Below, piece by piece: positions 37,498 through 47,439 of a stretch of 64,000 bases of DNA. The translations under genes were made by a program, and so were the position numbers. The DNA is from an uncultured bacterium (GTDB lineage Bacteria > Krumholzibacteriota > Krumholzibacteriia > JACNKJ01): positions 6,038 through 70,037 of the forward strand of contig CAYPGS010000009.1 in assembly GCA_964410395.1 (NCBI GenBank), written 5' to 3'. The notes under the pieces are model-generated. The model did no database searches. It was not told the origin of the DNA and saw only the letters and a list, made by a program, of their open reading frames with translations. Position 1 is the stretch's first letter. Each line of letters opens with the position of its first letter.

Positions 37498-38796
37498 TTA
37501 CCTCCGCCCTCTCAGCTTGCCCTTTTTCATGAAGCCGTCGTAGTGGCGCATGAAGAGGTGGCTTTCGATCTGCTGCAGAGTGTCCAGTACCACGCCCACC
37601 ACGATGAGCAGTCCCGTGCCGCCGAAGTAGAAGGGCACGCGGAACTTCGCGATGAGGATGTCCGGCAGCACGGCGATGAAGGCCAGGAAGATCGCGCCCG
37701 GTAAGGTAATGCGGCTCAAGGACTTATCGATGTAGTTCGCCGTGTTCTTGCCGGGGCGGATGCCGGGAATGAATCCGCCGAATTTCTTCATGTTCTCCGC
37801 CATGTCCACCGGGTTGAGCACGATGGCCGTGTAGAAGTAGGCGAAGAAGATGATGATGAGCGAATAGACGACCACGTAGACCGTCTGCCCGGGCGATAGG
37901 AGCCGTGTAATGGCGTCCATGAACGCGTTGCCCTGGAAGAAGGCCGAGATCGTCGCCGGGAACATCACGAATGCCTGGGCGAAGATGATGGGAATCACGC
38001 CCGCCGTGTTCACCTTCAACGGAATGTGCGTGTTCTGTCCGCCGTAGACCTTTCGCCCCACGACCCGCTTGGGATACTGCACCGGAATGCGGCGCTGCCC
38101 CTGGGTCATGAAGATGATGCCCGCGATCACCAGGATCATCATGGCCAGCATCACCAGGCCGCCCATGTAGCTCATCTGCTTGGTCTGCAGGGCCTTGATC
38201 GTGTTGAACAGGTCGGTCGGATAGCGGGCGATGATGCCGATGGTGATGATCAGGCTGATCCCGTTTCCGATTCCCCGCTCGGTGATCTGCTCACCCAACC
38301 ACATGACGAAGATGGTTCCCGTGGTCAGGGTGAGGATCGTGAGCAGCTTGAAGGGCAGTCCGGGGCTCGCCACGACCTCGGGTCCCATGGACTCGAGGAA
38401 GAAGCTCACGCCGATACCCTGCATGGCCGCCAGCAGCACCGTGCCGTAGCGGGTGAACTGGGTTATCTTCTTTCGACCCTCGTCGCCTTCCTTCGACAGC
38501 TTCTCGAAATACGGAATCACAGCCTGGAGAAGCTGCATGATAATCGAGGCGCTGATGTAGGGCATGATGCCCAGGGCGAAGATGGTCGCCTTACTGAGGT
38601 TTCCTCCGGCGAACAGGTCGTAGAGCTGCAGCACTCCGCCGCCCTGGTTCTGGAAGAACTCCAAAATGGCAAGCCGATTCACGCCGGGCAGCGTCACGTG
38701 GCCGCCCAAGCGATACACGATCAGCATCAACGCCGTGAAACCGAGGCGCCGACGCAGGTCGGGAATCTTGAACATGCTCTGGAAACTGCTGATCAC
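37498..38796 (-). CDS. secY: preprotein translocase subunit SecY
   Basis: 432 aa, 10 TM, typical SecY N-terminus and plug region. Confidence 0.93.
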   Translation of the reverse strand: MISSFQSMFKIPDLRRRLGFTALMLIVYRLGGHVTLPGVNRLAILEFFQNQGGGVLQLYDLFAGGNLSKATIFALGIMPYISASIIMQLLQAVIPYFEKLSKEGDEGRKKITQFTRYGTVLLAAMQGIGVSFFLESMGPEVVASPGLPFKLLTILTLTTGTIFVMWLGEQITERGIGNGISLIITIGIIARYPTDLFNTIKALQTKQMSYMGGLVMLAMMILVIAGIIFMTQGQRRIPVQYPKRVVGRKVYGGQNTHIPLKVNTAGVIPIIFAQAFVMFPATISAFFQGNAFMDAITRLLSPGQTVYVVVYSLIIIFFAYFYTAIVLNPVDMAENMKKFGGFIPGIRPGKNTANYIDKSLSRITLPGAIFLAFIAVLPDILIAKFRVPFYFGGTGLLIVVGVVLDTLQQIESHLFMRHYDGFMKKGKLRGRR

Positions 38797-38838
38797 CCTA
38801 TTTCTCCACTTTCCGCGGCCTCAGCCGCAAGAGATTCC

Positions 38839-39285
38839 CTAGGCGACGGACTCCACCGAGCCGCCGGCGGCCTCGACGAGCTCGCGGGCCTTCCCGCTGC
38901 ACTTCTCGACCTGGATTTTGAAGGCGCGGCTGACCGTGCCCTCGCCCAGCAGTTTCACCGGCCGGTTGCGCTTGCCCACGAGACCGTTCTCGAAGAGCAC
39001 GTCGGGAGTGATCTCCTCGACGCCCTCGGGCAGCTTGTCCAACTGGCCGACGTTGACGATCTGGAACTCGACCTTGAAGATGTTCGTGAACCCGCGCTTG
39101 GGCACACGGCGCTGGATGGGCATCTGACCGCCCTCGAACCAGGCGCGCTTCTTCGAGCCGGAGCGGGATCCGTATCCCTTGTGGCCGCGACCCGAGGTCT
39201 TTCCGAGGCCGCTGCCGGGCCCACGTCCGAGGCGCTTCCTCTTCTGCGTCGCGCCGGGGGCGGGCTTGAGTTCGTTAAGCTTCAT
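38839..39285 (-). CDS. rplO: 50S ribosomal protein L15
   Basis: MKLNELKPAPGATQKRKRLGRGPGSGLGKTSGRGHKG... Confidence 0.92.
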   Translation of the reverse strand: MKLNELKPAPGATQKRKRLGRGPGSGLGKTSGRGHKGYGSRSGSKKRAWFEGGQMPIQRRVPKRGFTNIFKVEFQIVNVGQLDKLPEGVEEITPDVLFENGLVGKRNRPVKLLGEGTVSRAFKIQVEKCSGKARELVEAAGGSVESVA

Positions 39286-39289
39286 GGAG

Positions 39290-39478
39290 CTACTCCTCCA
39301 CTTCCTCGACCCGAACCATGTGCTTTACCACGAAAGCCATGCCCCGGATCTGGGGGGTATCCTCGTGAACCACGGTGTGGTGCATACGCTTGAGGCCGAG
39401 GGCCTCGATGGTCCTCTTGGCCTTGACCTTGTTCCCGATCAGGGACCGGGTCTGTGTGATCTTGAGCTTCTTGGCCAT
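39290..39478 (-). CDS. rpmD: 50S ribosomal protein L30
   Basis: [29 protein letters not shown]... Confidence 0.9.
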   Translation of the reverse strand: MAKKLKITQTRSLIGNKVKAKRTIEALGLKRMHHTVVHEDTPQIRGMAFVVKHMVRVEEVEE

Positions 39479-39481
39479 GGC

Positions 39482-40108
39482 CTAAGCCTCCTCGTTCAGG
39501 CCGTACATCTTGCGGACCGACAGGCCGCGGCGCTTGGCCACCTGGCTCGAGGTCTTGATCCGCGTCAGTCCCTCCATGGTCGCGCGGACCATGTTGTGCG
39601 GGTTGTTGGTCCCCAGGGACTTGGTCAGGATGTCCGAGATGCCCGCCGCCTCGAGGACCGCACGCACCGGCCCGCCGGCGATAACGCCGGTACCGGGCGC
39701 TGCGGGCTTCAGCAGCACGCGACCCGCACCCCAGCGACCGGTGACCTGGTAGGGAATGGTCCGGTTCTGGAAGCGGTTGACGTCCACCATGTTCCGCCGG
39801 GCGGCTTCGGTGCCCTTGCGGATGGCATCGGCGATTTCCCGCGCCTTGCCCAGGCCCGTGCCCACCTTGCCGTTCCCGTCGCCCACGGCGACCAGAGCGG
39901 TGAAGCTGAAGTTCTTGCCGCCCTTCACGGTCTTCGACACGCGGTTGATGGCGACGACATTTTCGATCAGGTTCGAGCGTTCCTCTTCCTGCTCGCGGCG
40001 GCGGTCGCGACGATCGCGGCGATCACGGTCGCGGCCTCCTCCCGGCCCGCGCTGGCCTCCGGGTCCTGCTGGTCCGCGCTGCCCGCCCCTGTCATTGTCT
40101 CTGAACAC
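39482..40108 (-). CDS. rpsE: 30S ribosomal protein S5 with Arg/Gly-rich N-terminal extension
   Basis: ...[35 protein letters not shown]... S5 core preceded by ~45-aa RG/RD-rich low-complexity stretch. Confidence 0.9.
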   Translation of the reverse strand: MFRDNDRGGQRGPAGPGGQRGPGGGRDRDRRDRRDRRREQEEERSNLIENVVAINRVSKTVKGGKNFSFTALVAVGDGNGKVGTGLGKAREIADAIRKGTEAARRNMVDVNRFQNRTIPYQVTGRWGAGRVLLKPAAPGTGVIAGGPVRAVLEAAGISDILTKSLGTNNPHNMVRATMEGLTRIKTSSQVAKRRGLSVRKMYGLNEEA

Positions 40109-40128
40109 GTTCGGTCCCCCTTAGGTAC

Positions 40129-40500
40129 CTAGAATTCCAGTCCCGCTTCGCGGGCGGCCTCGGCCAGGGCCTTCACCCGGCCGTGATAGAGGAAGCCGCC
40201 CCGGTCGAACGCCACTTCCTTGATTCCCTTGGCGAGCGCAGCCTCGGCGATGGCCCTGCCCACCGCGCGGGCCTGAGCAACCTTGCGGGTCTCGCCCTCG
40301 CCGGGCTCCACCGTCAGCTTCAGGCTGTTGGCGCTGGCCATGGTCACGCGGGATCGATCGTCGATCACCTGCGCGTAGATATTGGTCAGGCTGCGATACA
40401 CGGCGAGGCGCGGACGCTCGGCGCTTCCGCCGATGTGCTTGCGGATCCTGCGATGGCGCTTGATGCGCTGTCCTTTGCGATCGAAGGGCTTGATCGACAT
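40129..40500 (-). CDS. rplR: 50S ribosomal protein L18
   Basis: ...[20 protein letters not shown]... L18 signature. Confidence 0.92.
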   Translation of the reverse strand: MSIKPFDRKGQRIKRHRRIRKHIGGSAERPRLAVYRSLTNIYAQVIDDRSRVTMASANSLKLTVEPGEGETRKVAQARAVGRAIAEAALAKGIKEVAFDRGGFLYHGRVKALAEAAREAGLEF

Positions 40501-40503
40501 GGT

Positions 40504-41055
40504 TTACGCTCCCTCCTTCGCAGAGGCCTTACCGGCCTTGCGGATGATGTGCTCGCCCTTGTAGCGAATGCCCTTGCCCTTGTAAGGCTCCGGCGGACGC
40601 CAACCGCGGATGTTCGCGGCCATCTGTCCCACCTTCTCCTTGTCGAAACCGAGAATCTTGATCTCGGTGGGAGAAGGCACCTCGAAGGTGACGCCCTCGA
40701 AGGGCTCCACCACCACGGGGTGCGAGAAGCCGAGGGCCATCTCGAGGTTCTTGCCCTTGAGCTCGGCGCGGTAGCCCACGCCCTCGATCACCAGCTCCTT
40801 CATGAAGCCCTCCGACACGCCAAGCACCATGTTGGCGATGAGCGTGCGGGTCAGGCCATGCTGAGCCTTGTGATACTTGCTCTCGGTGGGCCGGGCCACG
40901 TTGAGTTCACCGTCTTCGAGCTTGAGCGCCATCTCGGTGTTCACCTTGCGGCTCAGCTCTCCCTTGGGACCCTTCACCGAGACCAGGGAATCGTCGCCGA
41001 TATCCACGGTCACGCCGGAGGGGATGGGGATCGGTTTCAGTCCGATTCTAGACAT
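40504..41055 (-). CDS. rplF: 50S ribosomal protein L6
   Basis: MSRIGLKPIPIPSGVTVDIGDDSLVSVKGPKGEL... Confidence 0.92.
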   Translation of the reverse strand: MSRIGLKPIPIPSGVTVDIGDDSLVSVKGPKGELSRKVNTEMALKLEDGELNVARPTESKYHKAQHGLTRTLIANMVLGVSEGFMKELVIEGVGYRAELKGKNLEMALGFSHPVVVEPFEGVTFEVPSPTEIKILGFDKEKVGQMAANIRGWRPPEPYKGKGIRYKGEHIIRKAGKASAKEGA

Positions 41056-41069
41056 CTCTCTCCTCCCCC

Positions 41070-41468
41070 CTACCAGATCTGGCAGAGGAACTCTCCGCCA
41101 ACGCCCTCTTTGCGGGCATCCGTTCCGGTGAGGATTCCCCTGCTCGTCGAGAGGACGGCAATACCGTAGCCGCCCATGACGCGGGGAATCTCCTCGCGCT
41201 TCACGTAGACTCGCCGGCCAGGCTTGCTGACTCGCTTCAAGCCCTCGATGGCGGGGGTGTTTTCCTTGTCATACTTCAGGTACACCCGAAGCAGTCCCTG
41301 CTTCGAGTCGTCCACGAGCTTGACGTCCTTGACGTAGCCCTGGTGCAGGAGGATCTTCGCGATCTCGCCCTTCACCCGGGAAGCCGGGATTTCGACCCGG
41401 CTGTGCTTGGCACGGGTCGCGTTCCTTATTCTCGTCAAGAAGTCCGCAATGGGATCGGTCATCGACAT
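41070..41468 (-). CDS. rpsH: 30S ribosomal protein S8
   Basis: MSMTDPIADFLTRIRNA... S8 signature. Confidence 0.92.
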   Translation of the reverse strand: MSMTDPIADFLTRIRNATRAKHSRVEIPASRVKGEIAKILLHQGYVKDVKLVDDSKQGLLRVYLKYDKENTPAIEGLKRVSKPGRRVYVKREEIPRVMGGYGIAVLSTSRGILTGTDARKEGVGGEFLCQIW

Positions 41469-41505
41469 GTGTTCCTACCCCTTGTGTCGATCCAAAGTCT
41501 TGAAT

Positions 41506-41691
41506 CTACCAGCTGGCCTTCACCACGCCGGGTATCTCGCCTTTAAGTGCCAACTCACGGAAGCAAATCCTGCAAATACCAAACTGGCGCATGTAAGCCC
41601 GGGGACGTCCGCAACGGCGGCACCGGGAGTACTCACGCACACCGAACTTCGGCTTGCGCTTCTGCTTGGCGATGAGACATTTCTTGGCCAC
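41506..41691 (-). CDS. rpsZ: 30S ribosomal protein S14 type Z (zinc-binding)
   Basis: 61 aa, CRRCGRP...CRICFRE Cys4. Confidence 0.9.
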   Translation of the reverse strand: MAKKCLIAKQKRKPKFGVREYSRCRRCGRPRAYMRQFGICRICFRELALKGEIPGVVKASW

Positions 41692-41707
41692 GATTACCTC
41701 TCGCTGG

Positions 41708-42253
41708 TCAGTTGCTGCGCCGGAAAGGCATGTTGAGAAGGCGGAGCATTTCGGCGGCCTCCTCGTCCGTTTCGGCTGTGGTTACGATGCTGATATCCAT
41801 ACCCATGATCCGGGCGATCTTGTCGTAATCGATCTCCGGAAAGATGATCTGCTCTTTGACGCCCAGGTTGTAGTTACCCCGGCCGTCGAAGCCCTTCTCG
41901 GACACGCCGCGGAAGTCACGGATACGCGGCAGGGCCACGTTCACCAAGCGATCCATGAACTCCCACATCATCTCGCCGCGCAGGGTCACCTTGCTGCCCA
42001 CGTCCATGCCCTCGCGAAGCTTGAAATTCGCGACGGATTTGCGGGCCTTGGTGATCTTCGGCGCCTGGCCGGTGATGGCGGCCATGTCCTTACGCGCGGC
42101 CTCGATGAGGTTGCCGTCGCGCGATCCTTCTCCGACGCCCATGTTCACCACAATCTTCACCATCTTCGGGATCTGATTGGGATTGGCGTACTTGAACTTC
42201 TCGTTCATCGCCGGCGCCACGTTTTCCTTGTAGTACTCTTTCAGCCTGGCCAT
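41708..42253 (-). CDS. rplE: 50S ribosomal protein L5
   Basis: [42 protein letters not shown]... Confidence 0.93.
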   Translation of the reverse strand: MARLKEYYKENVAPAMNEKFKYANPNQIPKMVKIVVNMGVGEGSRDGNLIEAARKDMAAITGQAPKITKARKSVANFKLREGMDVGSKVTLRGEMMWEFMDRLVNVALPRIRDFRGVSEKGFDGRGNYNLGVKEQIIFPEIDYDKIARIMGMDISIVTTAETDEEAAEMLRLLNMPFRRSN

Positions 42254-42314
42254 GGATTTCCTTTCCTCGAGCCGTCCTGTCCGGGCCCCTCTGGCGGGGG
42301 ACCGGGTCGGCTAC

Positions 42315-42548
42315 CTAGCCTCTGCTGCCCTGTTCAATCAACTTCACGTTGGAGGCGTGGATGGGACCTTCCTTCTCGATGATCCCGCCCGGATCCTGCT
42401 GACTGCGCGGCTTGGTGTGCCGCTTCTGCAGGTTCACGCCTTCGATGACCACGCGGTTCACTTCGGGCAGTACCTTAAGCACCTTGCCCTTGCGGCCCTT
42501 GTGGGCTCCGCTGATCACCTCGACTGTGTCGTTCTTCGCGATCTTCAA
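42315..42548 (-). CDS. rplX: 50S ribosomal protein L24 (short form, 77 aa)
   Basis: KOW motif ...GAHKGRKGKVLKV...VVIEGVNLQKRHTKP... Confidence 0.85.
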   Translation of the reverse strand: MKIAKNDTVEVISGAHKGRKGKVLKVLPEVNRVVIEGVNLQKRHTKPRSQQDPGGIIEKEGPIHASNVKLIEQGSRG

Positions 42549-42559
42549 AGCTCTTCCCC

Positions 42560-42928
42560 CTAGAGGACTTCCGGGGCGAGCGACACGATCTTCATGAATC
42601 TCTTCTCACGAAGCTCGCGCGCCACGGGTCCGAAAATACGGGTGCCCACCGGCTCGTTGGTCTGGTTGATGATCACCGCGGCGTTCTGGTCGAAGCGGAT
42701 GTAGCTTCCGTCGCGACGACGGACCTCTTTCCGCGTTCTCACCACGACCGCCCTGGCGACCTGGCCCTTCTTCACGGTGCCATTGGGGAGGGCCTGTTTC
42801 ACGGCGACGGTGATGACGTCGCCCACGGACGCGTACTTCCTGCGGGAGCCGCCGAGTACCTTGATGCACTGGGCCTTCTTGGCTCCGGAGTTGTCCGCGA
42901 TGACGACCATGCTTTCCTGCTGAATCAT
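42560..42928 (-). CDS. rplN: 50S ribosomal protein L14
   Basis: [33 protein letters not shown]... Confidence 0.93.
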   Translation of the reverse strand: MIQQESMVVIADNSGAKKAQCIKVLGGSRRKYASVGDVITVAVKQALPNGTVKKGQVARAVVVRTRKEVRRRDGSYIRFDQNAAVIINQTNEPVGTRIFGPVARELREKRFMKIVSLAPEVL

Positions 42929-42940
42929 CGGTCTCTCCCC

Positions 42941-43204
42941 CTATTCGGCTCGCTTGACGATCTCGGAAACGCGCCAACGCTTGGTCTTGCTCAAGGGGCG
43001 CGTGGACATGACGCGAACCTGGTCGCCCGTTCTGCAGCTGTTCTCCGCATCGTGGGCCACCACGCGGGTCGTCCGCTTGTAGTAGCGCTTGTAGCGAGGA
43101 TGGGGAACGCGGCGCTCGACGGCCACCACGACGCTCTTGTCCATCTTGTCGCTGACGACGGTACCCAGGAGGGATTTCCTCAGGTTCCGGCTCTTCTCTT
43201 CCAT
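42941..43204 (-). CDS. rpsQ: 30S ribosomal protein S17
   Basis: ...[30 protein letters not shown]... Confidence 0.92.
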   Translation of the reverse strand: MEEKSRNLRKSLLGTVVSDKMDKSVVVAVERRVPHPRYKRYYKRTTRVVAHDAENSCRTGDQVRVMSTRPLSKTKRWRVSEIVKRAE

Positions 43205-43228
43205 GATCTTCTCCTGTCCTCGCCCGGC

Positions 43229-43426
43229 CTAGCTCAGCTTGGCCTGGTTTTCTTCGATCAGGGTCTTAACCCTGGCCAAATCGCGGCGAAGGTTCCGGAT
43301 CTGGATGGGATTATCGAGCTGGTTGAGCGAATGGCGCATCTTCAGGTTGAAGAGCTCCTCCTTCAGCTCGTTTTCCTTCTCCCGGAGTTCCTGGAGATTG
43401 AGATCCCTCAGCTCATTGACCTTCAT
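43229..43426 (-). CDS. rpmC: 50S ribosomal protein L29
   Basis: MKVNELRDLNLQELREKENELKEELFNLKMRH... Confidence 0.9.
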   Translation of the reverse strand: MKVNELRDLNLQELREKENELKEELFNLKMRHSLNQLDNPIQIRNLRRDLARVKTLIEENQAKLS

Positions 43427-43435
43427 GACTTCCCC

Positions 43436-43840
43436 CTAGCGGGTAACGAACTTGACTTTGGCCGGAAGTTTGGCGGCGCCCCTGCGCATGGCCTCGCGGG
43501 CGGTATGTTCATCCACCCCTTCCAGCTCGAACATGATCCGGCCCGGCTTCACCACGGCGACCCAGTACTCGGGGTTGCCCTTACCCTTACCCATGCGGGT
43601 CTCGGCGGGCTTGATGGTGATGGGCTTGTCCGGAAAGATGCGGATCCACAGCTTTCCGCCACGCTTCACGTGACGCGTGATGGCCACACGCGCGGCCTCG
43701 ATCTGACGGCTGGTCACCCAGCAGACTTCCTGGGCCTGGAGGCCATACTGTCCGAAGGAGATCGTGGAGCCACGATAGGCGAAGCCGCGCCTCTTACCCT
43801 TCTGGACCTTGCGGTGCTTGACTCGCTTGGGCATCAACAT
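43436..43840 (-). CDS. rplP: 50S ribosomal protein L16
   Basis: [36 protein letters not shown]... Confidence 0.93.
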   Translation of the reverse strand: MLMPKRVKHRKVQKGKRRGFAYRGSTISFGQYGLQAQEVCWVTSRQIEAARVAITRHVKRGGKLWIRIFPDKPITIKPAETRMGKGKGNPEYWVAVVKPGRIMFELEGVDEHTAREAMRRGAAKLPAKVKFVTR

Positions 43841-43843
43841 GAC

Positions 43844-44515
43844 TTAGATGGCCTCCTGAACCTGGCTCCGGAGCTCCTTCTTGAACTCCTTGGGGAAGAT
43901 CTCCCCGTGATTGATCCACACCTTCACGCCCACCGTGCCGAAAGTGGTGATGGCCGTGGCGGTGTTGTAATCGATGTCGGCGCGCAGGGTGTGGAGGGGA
44001 ACCTCGCCCTCGCGGTAGAGCTCGGTGCGGGCGATCTCGGCGCCGTTCAGGCGGCCGGAGCACTGCACCTTGATGCCCTTGGCGCCCATGCGCATGGCGG
44101 AGGTCAGGGCCTTCTTCATGGCGCGCTTGAAGCTGACGCGTCCCACGAGCTGGTCGGCGATGTGCTCGGCCACCAGCTTGGCGTTCAGTTCGGGGCGCTT
44201 CACTTCCTTGATGTTCAGGAAGACCTGCTTGCCCGTCAGATGCTTGAGCTGATCGCGGAGCAGATCCACCTCGGCGCCCTTGCGGCCGATGACGATGCCC
44301 GGCCGGGCCGTGTGGATGTTCACCGTGACCTTGCCCTTCTGGCGCTCGATGGCCACGCGGGCGATGCCGGCCCTGGAAAGACGGCGGTTGATGAAGCGAC
44401 GGATGGTGATGTCCTCGTTCAGCCAGTCCGCGTACTTCTTCCCGCCGAACCAGCGGGAGTTCCACGTCTTGATGATTCCGAGCCTAAAGCCTGTGGGATG
44501 AGTCTTCTGACCCAA
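43844..44515 (-). CDS. rpsC: 30S ribosomal protein S3
   Basis: [23 protein letters not shown]... KH domain. Confidence 0.93.
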   Translation of the reverse strand: MGQKTHPTGFRLGIIKTWNSRWFGGKKYADWLNEDITIRRFINRRLSRAGIARVAIERQKGKVTVNIHTARPGIVIGRKGAEVDLLRDQLKHLTGKQVFLNIKEVKRPELNAKLVAEHIADQLVGRVSFKRAMKKALTSAMRMGAKGIKVQCSGRLNGAEIARTELYREGEVPLHTLRADIDYNTATAITTFGTVGVKVWINHGEIFPKEFKKELRSQVQEAI

Positions 44516-44526
44516 AACGGTCCTCC

Positions 44527-44868
44527 TTATTCGGCGACTACCACGTGGATGTGGGTCGTCCGCTTACGGATGCGAAAAGCGCGTCCCTGGGCGCGAGGGC
44601 GGATCCGCTTCATGGTCGGACCCTCGTTCGCGTAGATTTCCTTGACCACCAGGCTGTCCACGTCGACGGGATTCTCCTCGTCGGACAGGTGCAGGGCGTT
44701 GGCGGCAGCCGACTGCAGCAGTTTGTAAACCGGCTGCGCGGCCTTCTTGTTCATGTGCTTCAGCATCTCCATGGACTCGCTCACGTTCCGTCCACGAACC
44801 AGGTTGATGACCTGGCGCGCCTTGCTCGGCGAGATGCGAATGAATGTGGCGCTGGCCTTTCCAGCCAT
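44527..44868 (-). CDS. rplV: 50S ribosomal protein L22
   Basis: [37 protein letters not shown]... Confidence 0.92.
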   Translation of the reverse strand: MAGKASATFIRISPSKARQVINLVRGRNVSESMEMLKHMNKKAAQPVYKLLQSAAANALHLSDEENPVDVDSLVVKEIYANEGPTMKRIRPRAQGRAFRIRKRTTHIHVVVAE

Positions 44869-44917
44869 GACAAACCTCCAAGAGCCGGCGAGCGATTACG
44901 CGCGCCCGGCCCGCTCT

Positions 44918-45181
44918 TTAGTCCTTTTTCCTGTGACCCCGGAAGGTCCGGGTCGGCGCGAACTCACCCAGCTTGTGACCCACCATGTTCTCGGTCACGT
45001 AGACGGGGATGAACTTGTTGCCGTTGTGGATCGCGACGGTGTGTCCCACGAACTCCGGAGAGATCGCGCTCCGACGCGCCCAGGTCTTGATGACGGTCTT
45101 GTCTCCCGACTCGTTCATCTTCTCGAGCTTGCCCAGAAGGCGCTCGTCAATGAAGGGGCCCTTCTTGAGGGAACGTGCCAA
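44918..45181 (-). CDS. rpsS: 30S ribosomal protein S19
   Basis: [23 protein letters not shown]...[32 protein letters not shown]. Confidence 0.93.
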   Translation of the reverse strand: MARSLKKGPFIDERLLGKLEKMNESGDKTVIKTWARRSAISPEFVGHTVAIHNGNKFIPVYVTENMVGHKLGEFAPTRTFRGHRKKD

Positions 45182-45198
45182 AGTCCCTTCCTCCTCGT

Positions 45199-46029
45199 TT
45201 ACTTGCCGTAGCGGCGGCGGACGATGAACTTGTCCGTGGCCTTGTTTCTGCGAGTCCTGAAGCCCTTGGACGGCTGTCCCCAGGGAGAGACGGGATGCCC
45301 GCCGCCCGAGGTCTTGCCTTCTCCGCCGCCCATGGGGTGGTCCACCGGGTTCATGGCGACGCCGCGCACCTTGGGACGCTTGCCCAGCCAGCGCGAGCGG
45401 CCGGCCTTGCCGGACACCACGTTTTCGTGATCCAGATTGCCCACCTGTCCCAGAGTCGCGTAGCAGTTCTGGTGCACCAGGCGCACCTCGCCGCTGGGCA
45501 GGCGCATGTGGGCGTATTCGCCGTCCTTCGCCATGAGCTGGGCGTAGGCGCCGGCGCCGCGGGCCATCTGTCCGCCCTTGCCGATGCGAAGCTCGATGTT
45601 GTGCACCAGGCTACCCGTGGGGATGCTCCGAAGGGGCAGCGCGTTGCCGGTGCGGATCTCGGCCTCGGGTCCGGCCAGCAGGCTGTCGCCCACCTTCAGG
45701 CCGTTGGGCGCGATGATGTAGCGCTTCTCGCCGTCGGCATAGAGCAGCAGGGCGATGCGCGCCGAGCGGTTCGGATCGTACTCGATGGTCTTGACCGTCG
45801 AGGGGATCCCCGCCTTGTCGTGGCGCTTGAAATCGATGCGACGGTACTGGCGCTTGTGGCCACCGCCGCGACGACGCATGGTGATCCGTCCCTTGTTGTT
45901 GCGGCCGCCGCTCTTCTTGAGGGGCTCCATGAGGGACTTCTCGGGCTTGTTCGTCGTGATCTCAGCGAAGTCCGAAACCGTGCGGTAACGCAGGGTCGGT
46001 GTCTTCGGCTTGAACTTCTTGATACCCAT
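45199..46029 (-). CDS. rplB: 50S ribosomal protein L2
   Basis: 276 aa; ...[21 protein letters not shown]... Confidence 0.95.
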   Translation of the reverse strand: MGIKKFKPKTPTLRYRTVSDFAEITTNKPEKSLMEPLKKSGGRNNKGRITMRRRGGGHKRQYRRIDFKRHDKAGIPSTVKTIEYDPNRSARIALLLYADGEKRYIIAPNGLKVGDSLLAGPEAEIRTGNALPLRSIPTGSLVHNIELRIGKGGQMARGAGAYAQLMAKDGEYAHMRLPSGEVRLVHQNCYATLGQVGNLDHENVVSGKAGRSRWLGKRPKVRGVAMNPVDHPMGGGEGKTSGGGHPVSPWGQPSKGFRTRRNKATDKFIVRRRYGK

Positions 46030-46040
46030 GACGGTTCTCC

Positions 46041-46328
46041 CTAGAGCTCACCGACGATGTCGATGCTGTTGCCTTCGGCCAGCGTGACGACGGCTTTCTT
46101 CCAGTCGGGGCGCTTACCGCTGAAGCGGCCCATGGTCTTGATCTTGCCCCGGACGTTCATGGTCCGGACGTCTTCCACGGTGACCTTGAACATGGTCTCG
46201 ACGGCGCGCTTGATCTGCGGCTTGTCGGCCTTGCGGTCCACCTCGAAGACGTACTTGTTCTCCGCCATGAGCGCGCTCGTGCGCTCGGTCTGCAGAATGC
46301 GGCGGATGGTCTGGTGCAGGTCGCTCAC
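46041..46328 (-). CDS. rplW: 50S ribosomal protein L23
   Basis: ...[37 protein letters not shown]... Confidence 0.9.
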   Translation of the reverse strand: MSDLHQTIRRILQTERTSALMAENKYVFEVDRKADKPQIKRAVETMFKVTVEDVRTMNVRGKIKTMGRFSGKRPDWKKAVVTLAEGNSIDIVGEL

Positions 46329-46954
46329 GATCCGAACACCTCCTTGACCTGCTCCAGCGCGGAGGAGGTCATCACGATCTTGTCGGCCCAGAGCACCTGG
46401 TAGGCGTTCAGTTCGCGGCCGACGATGAAGTCGAGGTCGCGCACGTTGCGGGCGGACTTGCTGATGTTGATGTCGTAGTCGTCCATGACCAGCAGGACCT
46501 TGCTGCCGGACACGCCCATCTCGCCGAGAACGCCGGTGAAGGCCTTGGTCTTGGGCTCGTCCATGCTGAGGTCTTCGATGACCAGGACATTGCCCTCCGA
46601 GGCGCGATCGCTCAACGCGGCGAAGAGGGCCTTCCTGCGGGCCTTCCGGGGCATCTTGTAGGAATGATCCCGGGTCTTGGGCCCGAAGGCGGTACCGCCG
46701 CCGACGCGCGTGGGCGACTTGGCGGAACCGGCGCGGGCGCGGCCCGTGCCCTTCTGGCGGTAGAGCTTCGCGGTGGAGCCCGTCACCTCGGAACGATCCT
46801 TGGTGTGGGCAGTGCCGGAGCGCTGGTTGGCCAGGTAATTCCTGACGGCCTCATAGAGCAGGTGCCCGTTGACTTCCTGGCCGAAGATCTCGGCCGGAAG
46901 ATCGGTGCTTCCCTTGCTCTTGCCGTTCGCGTCGTAAAGCGTTGCGTTCGCCAT
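46325..46954 (-). CDS. rplD: 50S ribosomal protein L4
   Basis: ...[48 protein letters not shown]... matches L4 (not L3). Confidence 0.92.
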   Translation of the reverse strand: MANATLYDANGKSKGSTDLPAEIFGQEVNGHLLYEAVRNYLANQRSGTAHTKDRSEVTGSTAKLYRQKGTGRARAGSAKSPTRVGGGTAFGPKTRDHSYKMPRKARRKALFAALSDRASEGNVLVIEDLSMDEPKTKAFTGVLGEMGVSGSKVLLVMDDYDINISKSARNVRDLDFIVGRELNAYQVLWADKIVMTSSALEQVKEVFGS

Positions 46955-46989
46955 TTCGACTCCCGTCTATCCTTGTCCGGGCTCTGGCC

Positions 46990-47301
46990 TCAGACCTTGA
47001 TCTCGATGTCCACGCCCGCCGGCAGGTCCAGCTTCGTCAGCGCGTCCAGGGTCTGGGGGGATGATTTCGTGATCTCGATGAGGCGCTTGTGGATGCGCAT
47101 CTCGAACTGCTCGCGGCTCTTCTTGTCCACGTGGGGCGAGCGCAGCACGGTATAGAGGCTGCGCTGCGTGGGCAGCGGGATGGGTCCGGAGATCTCGGCG
47201 CCGGTCCGCTTGGCGGTGCGCACGATCTCGAAGGCGGACCTGTCCAGCGTCGCGCTCTCGTAGGCCTTGAGCCTGATCTTGATCTTCTGGCCAGTGTACA
47301 T
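46990..47301 (-). CDS. rpsJ: 30S ribosomal protein S10
   Basis: [45 protein letters not shown]... Confidence 0.93.
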   Translation of the reverse strand: MYTGQKIKIRLKAYESATLDRSAFEIVRTAKRTGAEISGPIPLPTQRSLYTVLRSPHVDKKSREQFEMRIHKRLIEITKSSPQTLDALTKLDLPAGVDIEIKV

Positions 47302-47370
47302 TCTTGCTCCTCTTTCGGTCGGCTACTCCAGCATTTCCGTCGTTCGCGGAATCTGCTCGCCTGTCGATTT

Positions 47371-47437
47371 AGCTACCAGCTTCCAGCTACCAGCGACCAG
47401 CTTCTTGCTGGCGGCTGGCAGCTGGCTGCAGGCGGCC
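47371..47437. repeat. CCAGCTN-heptamer inverted-repeat hairpin element, copy B (immediately 3' of tuf stop)
   Basis: AGCTACC AGCTTCC AGCTACC AGCGACC AGC - TTCTT - GCTGGCG GCTGGCA GCTGGCT GCAGGCGGCC; near-identical to copy D1 at 63642-63705. Confidence 0.85.
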
Positions 47438-47439
47438 TT

